Source: Selaginella moellendorffii (taxonomy: Eukaryota > Plantae > Lycopodiophyta). Taken from it: a stretch of 64,000 bases of DNA. Shown piece by piece: positions 44,631 through 58,060 of the stretch. The notes beneath the pieces were generated by a model. The model was not told where the DNA came from. It did no database searches and worked only from the letters and a program-made list of their open reading frames with translations. Location of the stretch: NCBI RefSeq assembly GCF_000143415.4, contig NW_003314347.1, positions 581,438 through 645,437 of the forward strand, written 5' to 3'. Both the position numbers and the translations under genes were made by a program. Positions within the stretch are counted from its first letter, which is position 1; each line of letters starts with the position of its first letter.

Positions 44631-46648
44631 TGGTCTCGACGTCATTCTACGTAAATTTCCGCTGGTCTCGCTGGTTAGTTTTAATTCTTTTGTTTCGATA
44701 GAAATCGTTTTTTGCGATAGGCATGACAAGTGTAGAGCCTTATGCTGTGGCCACAATCGAAGCACATCATATGGACAAAGAGGGACAGATCATTGTACAC
44801 AGAAAGTATGTGATCTGTCTTTTATTTCTTGAATTTTTTTCTCATTGGACGGTTAGGTGGCATTGGCAACAAGAGAATGTACACTCCCTTTTGTTTAAAC
44901 TACGGCTGAGGTACGTATTTCATTTTCTCCGGTTGGAAAGGAGAGTTGGGGGTGGAAGAATATCTAATAAGTGTTTTGCTGTGCTCTGATAGGAAGCATA
45001 CAGAGACCCCACTTAAGTGTACAGTGATGTTTCTAGAAGATGTTTTGCGTCTCGGGGAATCGTTTCCTGCTTTTTTTTCTTTTCTCTCTCCTTTTGATTT
45101 TCTCTTTCCCAGATTTCAATCTTCTAGAAGAAGAAGAAGCTGACACAGGGTCGAGGCTACTTATTAATGTCGCTGCCCAGCGTGGAAATGTTGGCAACTG
45201 ATCAACGACTCTTTGGAGAGGAGGAAAGATGTCACTATTCACGAGATATGTTGACTGGAAACACGCGACCGCGAGCTTTGAACCACACGAACTCCAGGTA
45301 CAAGATTTGGGAGAGTCTCAAACTTATGCGAAAACTTTAAAACTCGTCTTCCAGGCAGTGACGAGAACTTTAAGAGCCATTTTGTGTATTCAAAGGCTGC
45401 ACGAAGGAAGGTTCCCTTCGTGTTTTGTACAAAGCTTATGCAGAAACACGCGGAAAGGAAAGAGATCTTCATGGAAGTTGTGAGACTCCACTGTTGCGGA
45501 TTGCGGCACGCAGACGTAGCAGAAATTTCTACAATCAGTCCATTCCATCCAGGCAGTGTGGAACAGGAAAACAGGAACAGTGGAGCCACAAGAAGCTTCT
45601 ACCGGTGGCACGAAAGTAAACGTTTGATATCGCAAGACAAAAGCGATAAAAGAGGTATGATTTTTCCTTGTCATGGTTTCTAACCATATCGCTAATGTTC
45701 TATTAGACCAGCAAATCTGTGCGTAATTAAATTCGTAGATAAGGCCTCGGAAAAAACCGGCACGCTTTGCAAGGCTTGTACGTTGAGATAAAAGCCCACC
45801 GAGAATCGCTCGCCAAGTTCCCATGGTTTTGAGATTCTCGTGGAACAACACACAAACTTCACCACCTTTTGCTGCGTAGAAACCATGGAGATTCACAGAT
45901 TAAACGCTTGACAAATCTGGATTCACTCCACCACCTTGGTGGACCTTTAATTTTTTTTTTCTTTGCCCCGTGTGAAACCAAACTAGACCAGCAAAGATTC
46001 GTTTGACTTTGGGTGAAGTTTTTTGCGAGTTCTCCATTGGCTAAACTGGTTGGTGGTGCTGTTCTTAGAAGAAGGAAAAACAAAAGTAACTCTCCGGAAA
46101 ATGGGAGTAAAAAGAATAGGAATTTCCCAGTGTTTATAGCGTGATCCCTCTGTCCAAGTTCGCCCGGGAAGATTCCCCAAATTCTAGCTCCTCCTCTGTG
46201 CCAGTAGTGATAAAATTGTTTACAAGGGAAAGAGGAGGAGGTGTGCCAACGAACAACAAAGAGAGGGAATTTTTGTCAATAATGCTGGCTGGAATCTAAA
46301 TCTCTTCTCTTCTCTTTTCTATTTCTCTCTCTTCCCCCAAATCTGGTGGCGTGGGAGCAGTAGAAGTTTGATTTGCATCCTCGCGCTTTGAATCGAAGTT
46401 TCTAGCGTGATCCACGAAGCGATCCACCGCTGCGGCACTCTCGTCCTTGTCCAGCATTTGCTCTACCTAGGTCGGGAAAGCGCCACAAAGCAATTCTTCT
46501 TGGATCGCTCCGCCGCTCGCTCGCTCGCTCCAGTCCAATGCCCCGCCCCGCGTCAATTCGCTCCTTGCTCGCCAATCTCATGTGGATCTGCTCGGCCTAC
46601 TGGTGGTGAATTCGCGGATTCGATCAGGGTTTTGGGGCTGTTCTAGCC

Positions 46649-48256
46649 ATGGGATGCTGGGATTTAAACTTGCCCCATGTCCCTAGAGTGAAGCTGGGGT
46701 CGCAGGGATTCGAGGTGTCCAAGCAGGGCCTGGGATGCGCGAGCTTGTCCGGCGCTTACCACGCCAGCCCGCCCGAGAAGCAATCCATCGAGCTCATCCG
46801 CCATGCCGTGGAGTCGGGGATCACCTTCCTCGACACCGCCGACTGCTACGGCCCCTTCGCCAACGAAATCCTCGTCGGCAAGGTGAGATTTCTCGCATGC
46901 CTCTGGAAATTTCGAGGTTTTCCTTCCAAGAACACACCCTTCTCTCGCATATTTCCCCCAAGAACTCATCGATTCTCTTCCAGGCAATCCGAGGGATCCG
47001 CGACAGGGTCCAGATCGCCACGAAATTCGCGGTGGCTGGCCTGGACAAGAGCAAGACCGCGACGATCCGCGGCGATCCAAAGTATGTGAGAGCTGCCTGT
47101 GAGGCGAGCTTGCGGAGGCTCAATGTAGACTACATTGATCTCTACTACCAGTACCGGGTGGATCCAAACGTCCCGATCGAGGTCACGGTAAGTTCTCTTT
47201 CTCACAACCTTTTCTTTCTTTGCTCTCCATTTCGTCCTTGTTTGTCAGTCCTTTGGTCGTTTGTCCTTAGTTTTAACTTTGTTCCCCTTAGAACTTTCAC
47301 CTTTATATTTCTTGCTGTAGTCTATGAGCTATGATTTGCTTCGGTTTTCCTATAGTCTACTATGATTTTCTTCACGTCGAATTCTTGCCTCTCAGGTGGG
47401 AGAGATGAAAAAACTCGTAGAGGAAGGCAAGGTGAAGTACATAGGCCTCTCAGAAGCTTCGGCATCGACAATCCGGCGAGCGCACGCAGTCCATCCCATC
47501 ACTGCCGTCCAGATCGAGTGGTCTCTTTGGGTACGAGACGTGGAGGACGAGATCATCCCGACTTGCAGGTATTTGGCTTGAAGAACTCTCTGATCTCACC
47601 GTAGAAGCACACACGTCGATGATACACAGGCCTCACGTCCGTGTCATTGCTCGCCATAGATATACTGTCGGCGATTGTCTCACTCATCTCTCTCTCTTTC
47701 TCACTCACAAACTTTGTCTCTTTCAGAGAGCTCGGGATCGGGATCGTCGCTTATGGCCCGCTGGGGCGAGGATTCTTCTCGGGGAAAGCCGTGACGGAGG
47801 ATCTTGTCCCCAACGATTTCCGCAAGGTTTGTTTGCAGTTCAAGCTCTGTACCTGGAGTGGAAGAACCGTGGAGTGATTCTTTCTCTTTGATCAAACAGG
47901 TTGCCATCCCCAGATTCTTTCCCGAGAACTTGGCACGAAACAAGGTGCTGTTCGATCGAGTCCACAGCATCTCGCGGAGAATAAAGTGTGCGCCGGGCCA
48001 GCTGGCGCTGGCGTGGCTGCACAGTCAGGGCGATGACGTGGTCCCCATCCCTGGGACCACCAAGTTTGGGCACCTGGAGGAGAACATGGTGGCGGTGGGA
48101 ATGGAGCTGACGCGGCAGGAGATTCGCGAGATTGAGGCAGCGGTGCCAGCGTGTGAGGTGATCGGCCAGCGTGTCAAGAACATGTTTTACACGTGGCAGT
48201 GCGTCTCCACGCCGCCCCTGTCCACCTGGAAGGCAGCGCTGTGCATGCAAAGGTGA
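46649..48256 (+). CDS. Aldo-keto reductase (IN2-2/perakine-reductase-like), multi-exon, with the tetrad His replaced by Tyr
   Basis: [56 protein letters not shown]. Confidence 0.95.
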
Positions 48257-48835
48257 GTCAGCGCTGCCATTTTCGTTTACCAGGAGAAACACAACCAAAC
48301 CAACAACAAATGTGGTTTGATGGGATGAAGATCTTGTCATTCACTTTGAAGATTGAAATTCTATAATTGAGAGTAAAAATCCAAATTGTAAATAACAAAA
48401 CGAATTTAAACAAGAACGCATTGGTCAAAAGCTATACGGTTTGTGAGAATTTGTCGTCGTTTTTACTGTTCCTTTTGGGTGCTGTGCTTTTGATTTTTCA
48501 TTCTAAGAGGCATTTGATGGTGGAAGTGGTGAGATTGTAGCTTTCCTGATCGTGATGCTTCGATTTAGGTCCAAGAATGTCTAGATGGTCAATTCTTTCA
48601 TGTGGGACAACACAGCAGAATGTGTGTTGCGGTGTCAACTTGAAAGCCATCGACGTACGAGTTCGTGGTGAATAATGTCGCAGCATGTTTCCGAGTTGCT
48701 CTAAATTTGTGCTGATCGGTTTGCACAGAGGTGTACTAAGAGATAAGTTTCCACTCTTTCTAGACGTAGCTGTCAGCCAAGCTTAAAAACGAGAGGTTAT
48801 GTTCCCATGCACGAGATCAAGATCCAAACCATATG

Positions 48836-50528
48836 CTACTTGCTTTTACCAGCGAGGAAGCCTCTCACCACCGGCAAAAACTTTGCCTTTTGCTCTCTGT
48901 ACATCTTCATCCGCTTGAAAAAGTATGACATGTAGTCGAAGTCGATTGCTGCTGAAGATGTTGCCTGCAAGCCAAGGTTATTTCAAAGCGCTATAAAAAA
49001 ATATCCAAAGCTTTTTACCTGGACAATTGCCCAAGCCGACCATGTAATATGAGCTGCAAGCGCGTAGAAATTTGCCTCAACAAACAGCTCTTCCAGTTCT
49101 TCATGTGTCGCCTGTTAGTTCACGAGAGTTTCCACATTGACGAGATCATAAGAAAATACCTTCTCAGGATCATCTGGTCGCAAATAGTGCCTCAAGAAGT
49201 TTAGCTGCCGGTCTTTGCTTGGATAGCTGCAAAACAAGAGCATTGCTTGGATAAGAACGCAAATAAGATCGAAAATGCCTGTGGATTACGCGCAAAAGTC
49301 GCAATCGAATCCGGCATACTCGTTGAAGTGAGTTCCAATGTCAAATCCACGATAGTTATATCCACTGTACTCGAAGTCGATAAAATAGTACTTCCCTGTA
49401 TAAAAGTATTGAAAACCTCCACTTCAAACACATTTATCACCTTGCGCATCAACCATGACATTGCCGGGAAGCAAATCGTTGTGTGCGTAGACGACAGGTC
49501 CCTTCAAGCGAGCGCCGATTTCCTGCAAAGATCAACCAATGTAGGCTTGACTACTATCGCTTTGGGAACGCAAACCTTCAATGTGTTGATCTCTTGCCTT
49601 AGCTCGTCAAATGACACCGCCTCCAGTTTCCTTTGATCTTCTGGACTCTCAAACTTGGTAACAGCAGACGCTGGAGCAGCAGCACTAGCATTGTTACACA
49701 AACAACCGAAAAAAAATATGAAAGAAACCCAAGAAGTTGCCATACCGAGCTCAAAGTATCTGTTAATCTCGGTCCAGACCATGGATTCCTTCTCGCCAGG
49801 AACTTCTTGCTGATGAAGGCGTCGAAGTTCTTTTGCAACTTTTGCAACGACTGCATCGTCCAGAAAATCTGCCAGCTTAGGCAAACTAATTCAAGTGAAA
49901 GAAACAAAAGAATAAAGAGTAGCTTTACGAAGAAAAAAAACCTTCAGGTGTGAGCGTCCTTGCCGTGACAAACGTTTGAATGATCCCGTTTTTAAAGACG
50001 CCTTTGAGCTCTGGACAAAACCCTGCTCGCGAAAGATGACAGGTTGCCTGCGAAAGAAGTTGAGATCAAGGAATTACTCAAAGATTACTCCCAACTCTAA
50101 CCTGGATTTCTCGATCCCGATCGATCACACCCTCGGTGGCAGGACCAAACACGCGGACAACCACAGATTGATCCTTCTTGGAAACTTTAGCCACTGCAAA
50201 CGAAAGAAAACGCCCGCTGCATAAAAGCAAAAAAAAAAAAGAGAGAGAGATGGAACTTGCAATTCTCCAACTCACTGATGTTTGTGATCCCTCCATTGAT
50301 CCGGCAAACGTCAAAATCTGAATCATCGGCGTCTTGAAGCTCCGGGATCAAGGCCCGGCACACATTTCTGGGCGGCAAGACAAGATCAAACGAAGAAATT
50401 TCTTTCTGGCGATCGATCGATCGATCGATCAAGCGCTCGCTCAGGACTTACATGATCTGCGCCTCCATATCCTGGAAAGGAAGAAGCGAGTCCACAGAGA
50501 GCGCACACTCTGGAAAATGCGCCTTCAT
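48836..50528 (-). CDS. Choline/ethanolamine kinase, multi-exon
   Basis: INGGITN, VVRVFGP, HNDLLPGNVM (Brenner motif), IDFEYSGYNYRGFDIGTHFNEYAG, SHITWSAWAIVQ. Confidence 0.93.
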
Positions 50529-51974
50529 TCTTTCACGAGCTAGCTAGAAGGGTTTTAGGGCTAGGTTTTAGTGCCAACTAAAAGGGAAAGGGGCCCTCAG
50601 ATGTGTTTGTCACCCACGTGGATTAACACCTACGTTAGGGTTCTTCGTTGTAATAATAACAAAGTGATGACATGGACACAGGTGAATCTGATGTGGCAGG
50701 AAGATTTGTGGGTGATGAAACTTCTTGGGAGGCAGTAGTAGGGGCAAGAAAAGGGGGTGGCAGGAGTTAGGGCTGAGGGAGAGGATTGGCTTGGGAACGA
50801 CATGATGAGCAAGGGCAATCAAGATCTAAGCACAGTAAGGGCTTTGACACTATGGACTCCAATAAGCCTTGCTTGGGCTTATGCCCATTTTAGAACTGCT
50901 ACATTGTTGAGAAGCTCACAATTGCCAATACAACTAAATTTGCATAGTTGGGGCATAAAGGATATTGTCTGTCTCAACAATAGCCAGCAATGGTAAAAAG
51001 AAAAATGTTAGTTATTTTACCTTAATTAGAAGCGATTTGCTTTTCTAGGTTCTTGATTTTTATGGAAGGTTAATTATCTTTATGTGGGTTAAACACAGCA
51101 CAATGAGTGTCTTGGTGTCATGGAAGCCATCTATGTGTCCTCTATATGTAGTTATAGAACAAAAATCATGGGATAGTGTCGGTGCTTTACCACATCCAGA
51201 AGTTAAGCTTTCTCGTTTTTATTTTAAACTTGTGCTAAGCAAATTATTTTTTACGAGGATAAAGAAGAAATTCCTAAGTGTTTATTTAGCTAAGAATAAT
51301 TCTCTTTTGCTTTAACTTATACTAACTTTGCAAGAACCTTTATGGATTGAGAATTAGTCCCTTAATAGATTAACATGTCTTTACTATGATGCTTATGTGT
51401 TAATCCCATTTTGGTCTTACTACTTATTTAAATCTACTAGTTAGGCATATGTAAAGAGTCTTGAATAGTCGAAATTCAGAATATAAAATTATTTCATATT
51501 TAATAAGCTTTCGAACTTATCCCAAATAACCTAAAGCTAGCTTTTAATAGGGCATTTACCAATTTTGGTGTATAATAGAGATAAAGGTAAGATGAAAGTA
51601 TGGTTAACCATTTGAGACATTGTTTGGCTCTCTATTGAGTGTATTGTTTTTTATTTTACATTTAACTTGGGTTTAAGCCCAAACTTTATATTATATAGAT
51701 AAACTAATTTCAATACTTTGTATGTATGGTTTTTATCATAGAGTAACTATTGTAAATAATCACATAGCCTCTCTCTTTCTCCCCCCTCTCCCTCTCCTTA
51801 TTTTTCATTAAAAAGGGCATTACTATGTAAACAACTGTATTAGTTATATATAGCATATGTGATCAATAAATAATTTTTTCTCCTTTGAGAGATGATTAGA
51901 TGTGATCTCATTGATTGTATTGTGCCTTGCTTGATTTTCTATATTGCCATCTATAAATATTGTTTGGTTGCATT

Positions 51975-52386
51975 TAGTCTATAGTGTTAGATTATATTAA
52001 GTCTTGGACATAATAATACACTCTTTAGTGATGTATTTATAAGTGACTAATTTTTTTATTTTACTTTAGTCACTTAACTATATCTTTGACCATTTAAAAG
52101 AATTTTACTCACAACCTTTATACATCCTCATCTTGACTTAGGGATTTGCTATACCATCTTTACATTTGGTGGAAGTGCTCCACTAGTCTACAGTGTTAGA
52201 TTATATTAAGTCTTAGACATCATAATACACTCATTAGTGATGTATTTGTAAGTGACTAATTTTTCCATTTTACTTTAGTCACTTAACCATATCTTTGACC
52301 ACTTAAAAAAACTTACTCACAACCTCTTTACATCCTAATCCTGATTTAGGGATTTGCCATACCACCTTTGCATTTGGTGGAAGTGC
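51975..52386. repeat. ~209-bp tandem duplication
   Basis: tagtcta[t/c]agtgttagattatattaagtctt...tttggtggaagtgc at 51975-52178 and again at 52184-52386. Confidence 0.9.
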
Positions 52387-54747
52387 ACTAAATATTCAGT
52401 CCCACTATAGACGCTTAAGGGTATTTTTGACATATCAACTTATTACATTAAGGTTATGTTTATCCGCATGTGTAAACTTTTAAATTTGGACTTTCTAAGA
52501 AGTCACCCAACCCAATACTATTCAAACCCAAGGTTTTTTAACCTCAAATATCCAAAAACCCTTAACCAATTGAAAAAACATTCTTATTCATGGGCTCTTT
52601 TCCTCTATATTTCCTCTATTCCTCTTATAGACCGTCTCTTGAGTTATTCCCTTTGGTTTTTTACAGCACATTTCTTATTAATAGTTTAAAACCATTCATA
52701 CCATAGTCTAATCTTCTAAAGATTGGGCCATCCATCCATAAATGGTCACTTCATAATTACACTTTCGCATCTTTAGGATGCTCCAAAATATAGAAAACAT
52801 CATTCCCTAATATCCCTCCTTTAATCCCTACCAAATCCCATTCCGTCCATAATAATATTTGCTAATACCATCATTAGGTCAGAGCCCAAAACCATTAAAT
52901 CCTATTAACCTTTGGGATTTTCTTATACTTATAGCACATATAATTTTCACCATTTACCCTATAGTGATTTATTATAAAAAAACCACAAAGTGGAATTATA
53001 ACCCTTGGTCACATAGGCCAAGGGCAATGGAGTGAAACTTGAGTTTCATGGCCTTGGGCCACTATATAAAACAACAAAGCTAAACTCTCAAATATGCAAC
53101 CAAAGAGCAATAGAATTAAAGCACGAAACAACTCCCAAATATATAGCTTAATGAGCGAAGGGATAAGAGTATCAAGTGACATTGGAACATTCTTAGAGCA
53201 TCTAATATCCCAATGTCAAGACTAACACATAAAACAGAGCCAAATGGGAATTTAACATTGTTTTAGCATACTAATGGCTTAACATGAGGATATAAATACT
53301 CTATAATCTAGCATGGTATAGAATTTAGGTTTAGACCCAAGCTAGATGTAGAATAAAGACAGATATAAGCAGGAGTTAAATTATACCTCAAGTTGGTCAA
53401 CCATGCCTGATTTATTTACTATCCTTATCTACTATCTTAAACTGGCTATAGGGGGTTCCCTATAGCTGCACCCCCCCTCTTGTGGATCATAAGCTTTGGG
53501 CTTTTATCCCAGTCCCAAAAGTTAATTTCTAGGATAATCACAAGAATTTACTAAATATAAAATGGCCCTAGATTGCAAATCTAAATGTGAAAATAACATT
53601 GTGTTTATGACAATCTTTATATTTTGTAAATATGTCTAACTAGCAAATGTAGTCACTTTCCATAAATAGTTAATAAGACTAAATAGAACTAACATATAAG
53701 GTATGATAGTGAAATGTAAGTAACTAATTTTTCCATTCTACTTTAGTCATTTAACCACACCTCCGACCACTTGGAGGAGTCTCACTCATAACCATTATAA
53801 GTCCTATTCTGGACTTGGGGCTTGCTATCCCTAAGAATGGCATCCATGCCACTCAACCTTTGCACTTAGTCCAAGTGATCCACGTGTCCGATCCCATGAC
53901 CAACACCCCAAAGTACTATTGACATATCAGCTTGTTACACTAAAGCCATGCCCATTCACCTTAGTCACACCAGTGGTCTAACACCACCTACATCACAGTC
54001 CTATTTCTCAAAGATTGGGCTATCCGTTCATAAGTGATCATCCCAGATCCACTCTTTAGCATCCTTAGGATACCTATAGACATGGGGAATAGCCTTTCCC
54101 AATATCCTTTTCTGGTCCCCACCAAGTCCCTTTCTGTCCATGGCTGTGTTCACCAACATTGCCACTGGATCAAGGCTCACAGGCCCGACCACTAAATCCC
54201 CTTGTTCTCTAGGACTTTCTTATCATATGACCACATCCTTGGTCACTACACCAAAGGACCACTCCTCTTCTTTTCCACCATCTGGGACTTTAGAACAACA
54301 TTTCGGAACACTGTGGCCCTATGCAAGCCTCGTGGGTACTCTCCCCGCCTTCCGCCTTTAGGTGCTATAGTGATGGGCTTAGAGCAAAGGTTTCGTTGAG
54401 CCACGCCAGGTATCCAAGTAAGTAGTGCCACCTACACTTGGACTGGGAGCATCGACCATTCGATCTCCTGGGGGAACTAGAGCCAGCTTTTGAACACTTC
54501 ACCAAGCTACCCTATTTGTCAGTCCGTATTCACTCTAGCTTTGGACTTCTTAGTGGTTATCACATCACCCAACACCTAAGTACAGTCTTCTTGGGCCAAA
54601 CCAACCTTTCCTAGCCAAACTGGCTCCACTGGGGTTCAACCCCCACACTCTCCCTACTATACTTTTGTACTTTTGGAACCCTTGCAGCCCCCCCCCCCCC
54701 GAGGGGACGATCGCTTTGGGCTTTCACCCAACAGCTTGTATTAGTAT

Positions 54748-55030
54748 TCGGACTCGGACTCGACCTCGGTCTCGGTCTCAGTCTTGGTCTCAGTCTCGGT
54801 CTCGATCTTTGTTCCATCTCGGACTCCATCTCGGGTCCCTCTCGGGTCCATCTCAGCCTCCATCTCGGGTCCACCTCGGACTCCATCTCGGACTCCATCT
54901 CGGGTCCATCTCGGACTCCATCTTGGGTCCATCTCGGGTCCATCTCAGACTCCATCTTGGACTCCATCTCAGGTCCATCTTGGACTCTATCTCGGGTCCA
55001 TCTTGGTCTATCTCGGATCCCATCTTAGAC
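54748..55030. repeat. Minisatellite: (CTCGGT)-like 6-mers grading into 11-12-bp CCATCTCGG(ACT/GT) units
   Basis: Read directly. Confidence 0.9.
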
Positions 55031-57599
55031 TCTTCCACGTGTCATATATTGGATCTTTTGTGTCCCTTTTTTAGAGACTCACTTATTGCTTGCTTTGTGC
55101 TCGTTCCTCAAGCCCTTCGTTGGGAGTTCCACTCTTGCTCTCAACTTTTCGAGTTAGAGCTTTTAGTCCAAATGTGTTACGCTCATTTGGCTTTTGCTTC
55201 CGCCATTACCACGTGGCACCCTTTCGGCTCCCTTTTGAGGCCTAGGGATTTTGTGTCTCACATGAAAGTGTCTTGGCAGACACAATAAACTGTCATTTAG
55301 TGAATATTGAGGGACCAACATGAGATAATAGGGGGAAAAGTGCAATGGAACCACTTGGTCCAAGTGCTCCACGTATCTAATCCCACTATAAACACCCAAA
55401 TACACCACCGACATACTAGCCTGTTATGGTAAGGCTAGGTCCATTCACACTTGTCTCATGAATAATCTAAGACCACCCATACCACAATTATATCTCCTAA
55501 AGATTATGTCATTGTAGCACACTTTATTTCTCTCTTCTTAAGCCAAATGAAAAAGGGGCAATTGCTTGATAAAAGAGCTTTTAGTGATTATTTTATTCCT
55601 ATTTATGACCACCCGTTAACATCCTTATAATGCCCTTAGAAGTGGAGAACACCATTCCCTAATATCACTTGTTCAATCCCTACTAAGTCTCTCTCTGTCT
55701 ATAGCAATGCTCATTGGTTTAGGGCTCAAAGGCCCATCCACTAAATCCTATTAACTTCTAGGACTTCTTTACCACGTGGTCACTAAGCAAGAGGACCATT
55801 CCTCTTCCTTTCCATAGTCTAGGACTTTGAAATGACATTTTGAAACACTCTAACATGAGTCTTATGGGTACTCTTTCAACCTTCCACCACTAGAGTGCCC
55901 TAGCCATATGGCTAGAGTAAGGTTTTGATGAAATATGCAAGATATCCAAGTAAATAATGCCACCCACACTTGGATTTTCACTCTAACCTTGAACTTCTTA
56001 GTAATTATCTCATCACACACCATGTGTGTGTAGCCTTCCCTGGTTACACTAGCATTTCTTGGCCAAATTGAGAACCTAACCTAGCTAACTTGATTAAGTT
56101 TCATTTTGGATTGTATTTTATGCAATTTCTATCTAGTGAAAATGCATAGTTTGCTCCAAGCAACTTCCCTAGATTTCCCTTTTAATCTTTGAGAAAGTCT
56201 CCACCTATTTCAAGGCAACACAATATGCAATCACCACTTAAAAAAGCATCACATCCAAAGTTAAATACTTAGTTTGAGAGAATAAAAAGTATTAGTAGAG
56301 AGGCATTATATTGTGATAAAAGTTGTCCTTTTGGAGGAATATAGATAGCTTTAGTGATCTATAATAAAACTTAATTATTTTAAAACAAAAGAAAAACTAG
56401 ACAAGTTTGTTTATTGTGTTATCTCCATGCAAGTGTGCAATCTTAGAAGACTATTGACACCACTCATAAGTTGGAAAAGTAAGTGTTCTCAAAGTTGATG
56501 CAAAAGTTGGCATTCACTAGTGCTTAAGATGTTAAGATGTCACAACTAAGCTAGAATTACTCCTTTCTTGCTAAAACAAGTCCAAGAGGCCTCAAAAGAA
56601 TCCTAGAGAAGGCTTGGGATGCCACTAAAACAACTTAGTTCTCCATGCAATGTGGGCACAAGATGGTGGGAAGGCTTAAGGTGAAAGTGTGTGCTTACGA
56701 GAAAAAATGGACCTTAGCTATGTGTTATAAGGTGGAGTGTTATTATATGTTGTGAAGGAGTGCTTCTGATGTGCTAAACTCAACTTGAATCGCTTTTGGG
56801 AGTTGAGTGAAGTGTTGGTGATTGCAAAAGATGTTGCACAACTAAATAACCATGCATTCAAGTATTTTCCTGACAGTCAAGATTATAACCTTAACACTCA
56901 AGCTTACAATTTTGACAATTAGGATTCAGGAAGAAGTGGCAGTTGCCAGTATGTAGGAGTAATTAAGGGGGAGAGTTAGCACTTGATCCCTATCCCCTAT
57001 CTCTATTGTACTCTAGCCTATCACCAATGCACATCCACATGCTCAAAACTTAGAGTATTTTAGTGATGTCAAGTCTATCCTTACTCATAATCTCTCGCAT
57101 GAGCCTTCTTGAGGATTAAAGGTTTCATATTAGTTTCTAATTGATTCATGTGTTTAGTAGCATATTCCAAGGCAAAAAATAGGATGCCATCAGTATGCTC
57201 CACAAGCTCAAAAGCCTCTACCCGAAAACTCATACTATCGATAGGCTTGTATAGAATCTTTTAGTTAGGAAGAACTGGATCTAACACCTCTAGTTGTGTG
57301 AGAGATGTTGTAGAGTGTCCTCTTGTGTCCCTACAATAGGATCTATCTCAAGAAATCTACTCACCAAAGGCACTATGAAAATTGTGTTCTCCTCCAAGTC
57401 AGGCATTTGTGGAATCTCAAGAATCTTGCCTGGATCTTTTGCCTCCTTGAGCCCGAGTGAGCACGGTAATGTAGAGTGGATGGAGGAAACTAGTTATGAG
57501 CCAGGAATAACTCATAACACTAGGGGTCTTTGGACAAGCTTCTCAGTGAATGAGACATTGAGCTTGCGAAACATCTCCAATTCAAGCTCTACAACATAT

Positions 57600-58060
57600 G
57601 AATAAGTGTTGTGGCATCACTAGTGCCAGCACTTGACAACTTTCCTCTGGAGCCTAGGCTTAAGGCCTTGTATAAATGTTGATACTCTAATAGACTCCTC
57701 CTGTGTTGTTCTCTTGTCACAGTAGATCTTCCAAAAAGCCTTGAATTGCGTCATATAGTTGAAGGAGTTATTCACACCTTGTCAAAATTGGAACAATTCT
57801 TGGACAAGCTATTGTGCCTCTTGAGAGAACATGCTCCTGAACATTTTGAGGAGAGTCTCAAAGTCCCACTTTTCCTCAGCCTCTAGCACAAGTACCTATT
57901 GCCATGCATGCCCATGCATCAATTGAGTGAACACTTTGTGCTTAGTCATATCATCTATGATCTAGTTGCTAACACAGTAAGAAGAGAATGCTACAAGGTG
58001 ATCCTCCACTGAAATGCTATCCTTGGCTTGAAGAATGGAAGCTCAAGGCCACACTACAAC
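57600..58060 (-). mobile_element. Degenerate LTR-retrotransposon gag fragment
   Basis: Translation with stops: SVEDHLVAFSSYC..KHKVFTQLMHGHAWQ*..WDFETLLKMFRSMF..LVQELFQF*QG..YMTQFKAF, matching the retrotransposon gag pattern. Confidence 0.65.

Noticed and set aside
44723-46180. Several short ORFs and possible exons on both strands between tubulin and the AKR
   Set aside because: I could not build a consistent spliced frame or recognise a domain
54611-55288. Repetitive ORFs (MESEMDPRW.../HLGLHLG...) that look like repeat proteins or a CRISPR array
   Set aside because: These are translations of a minisatellite. There are no unique spacers, no cas genes, and the context is eukaryotic.
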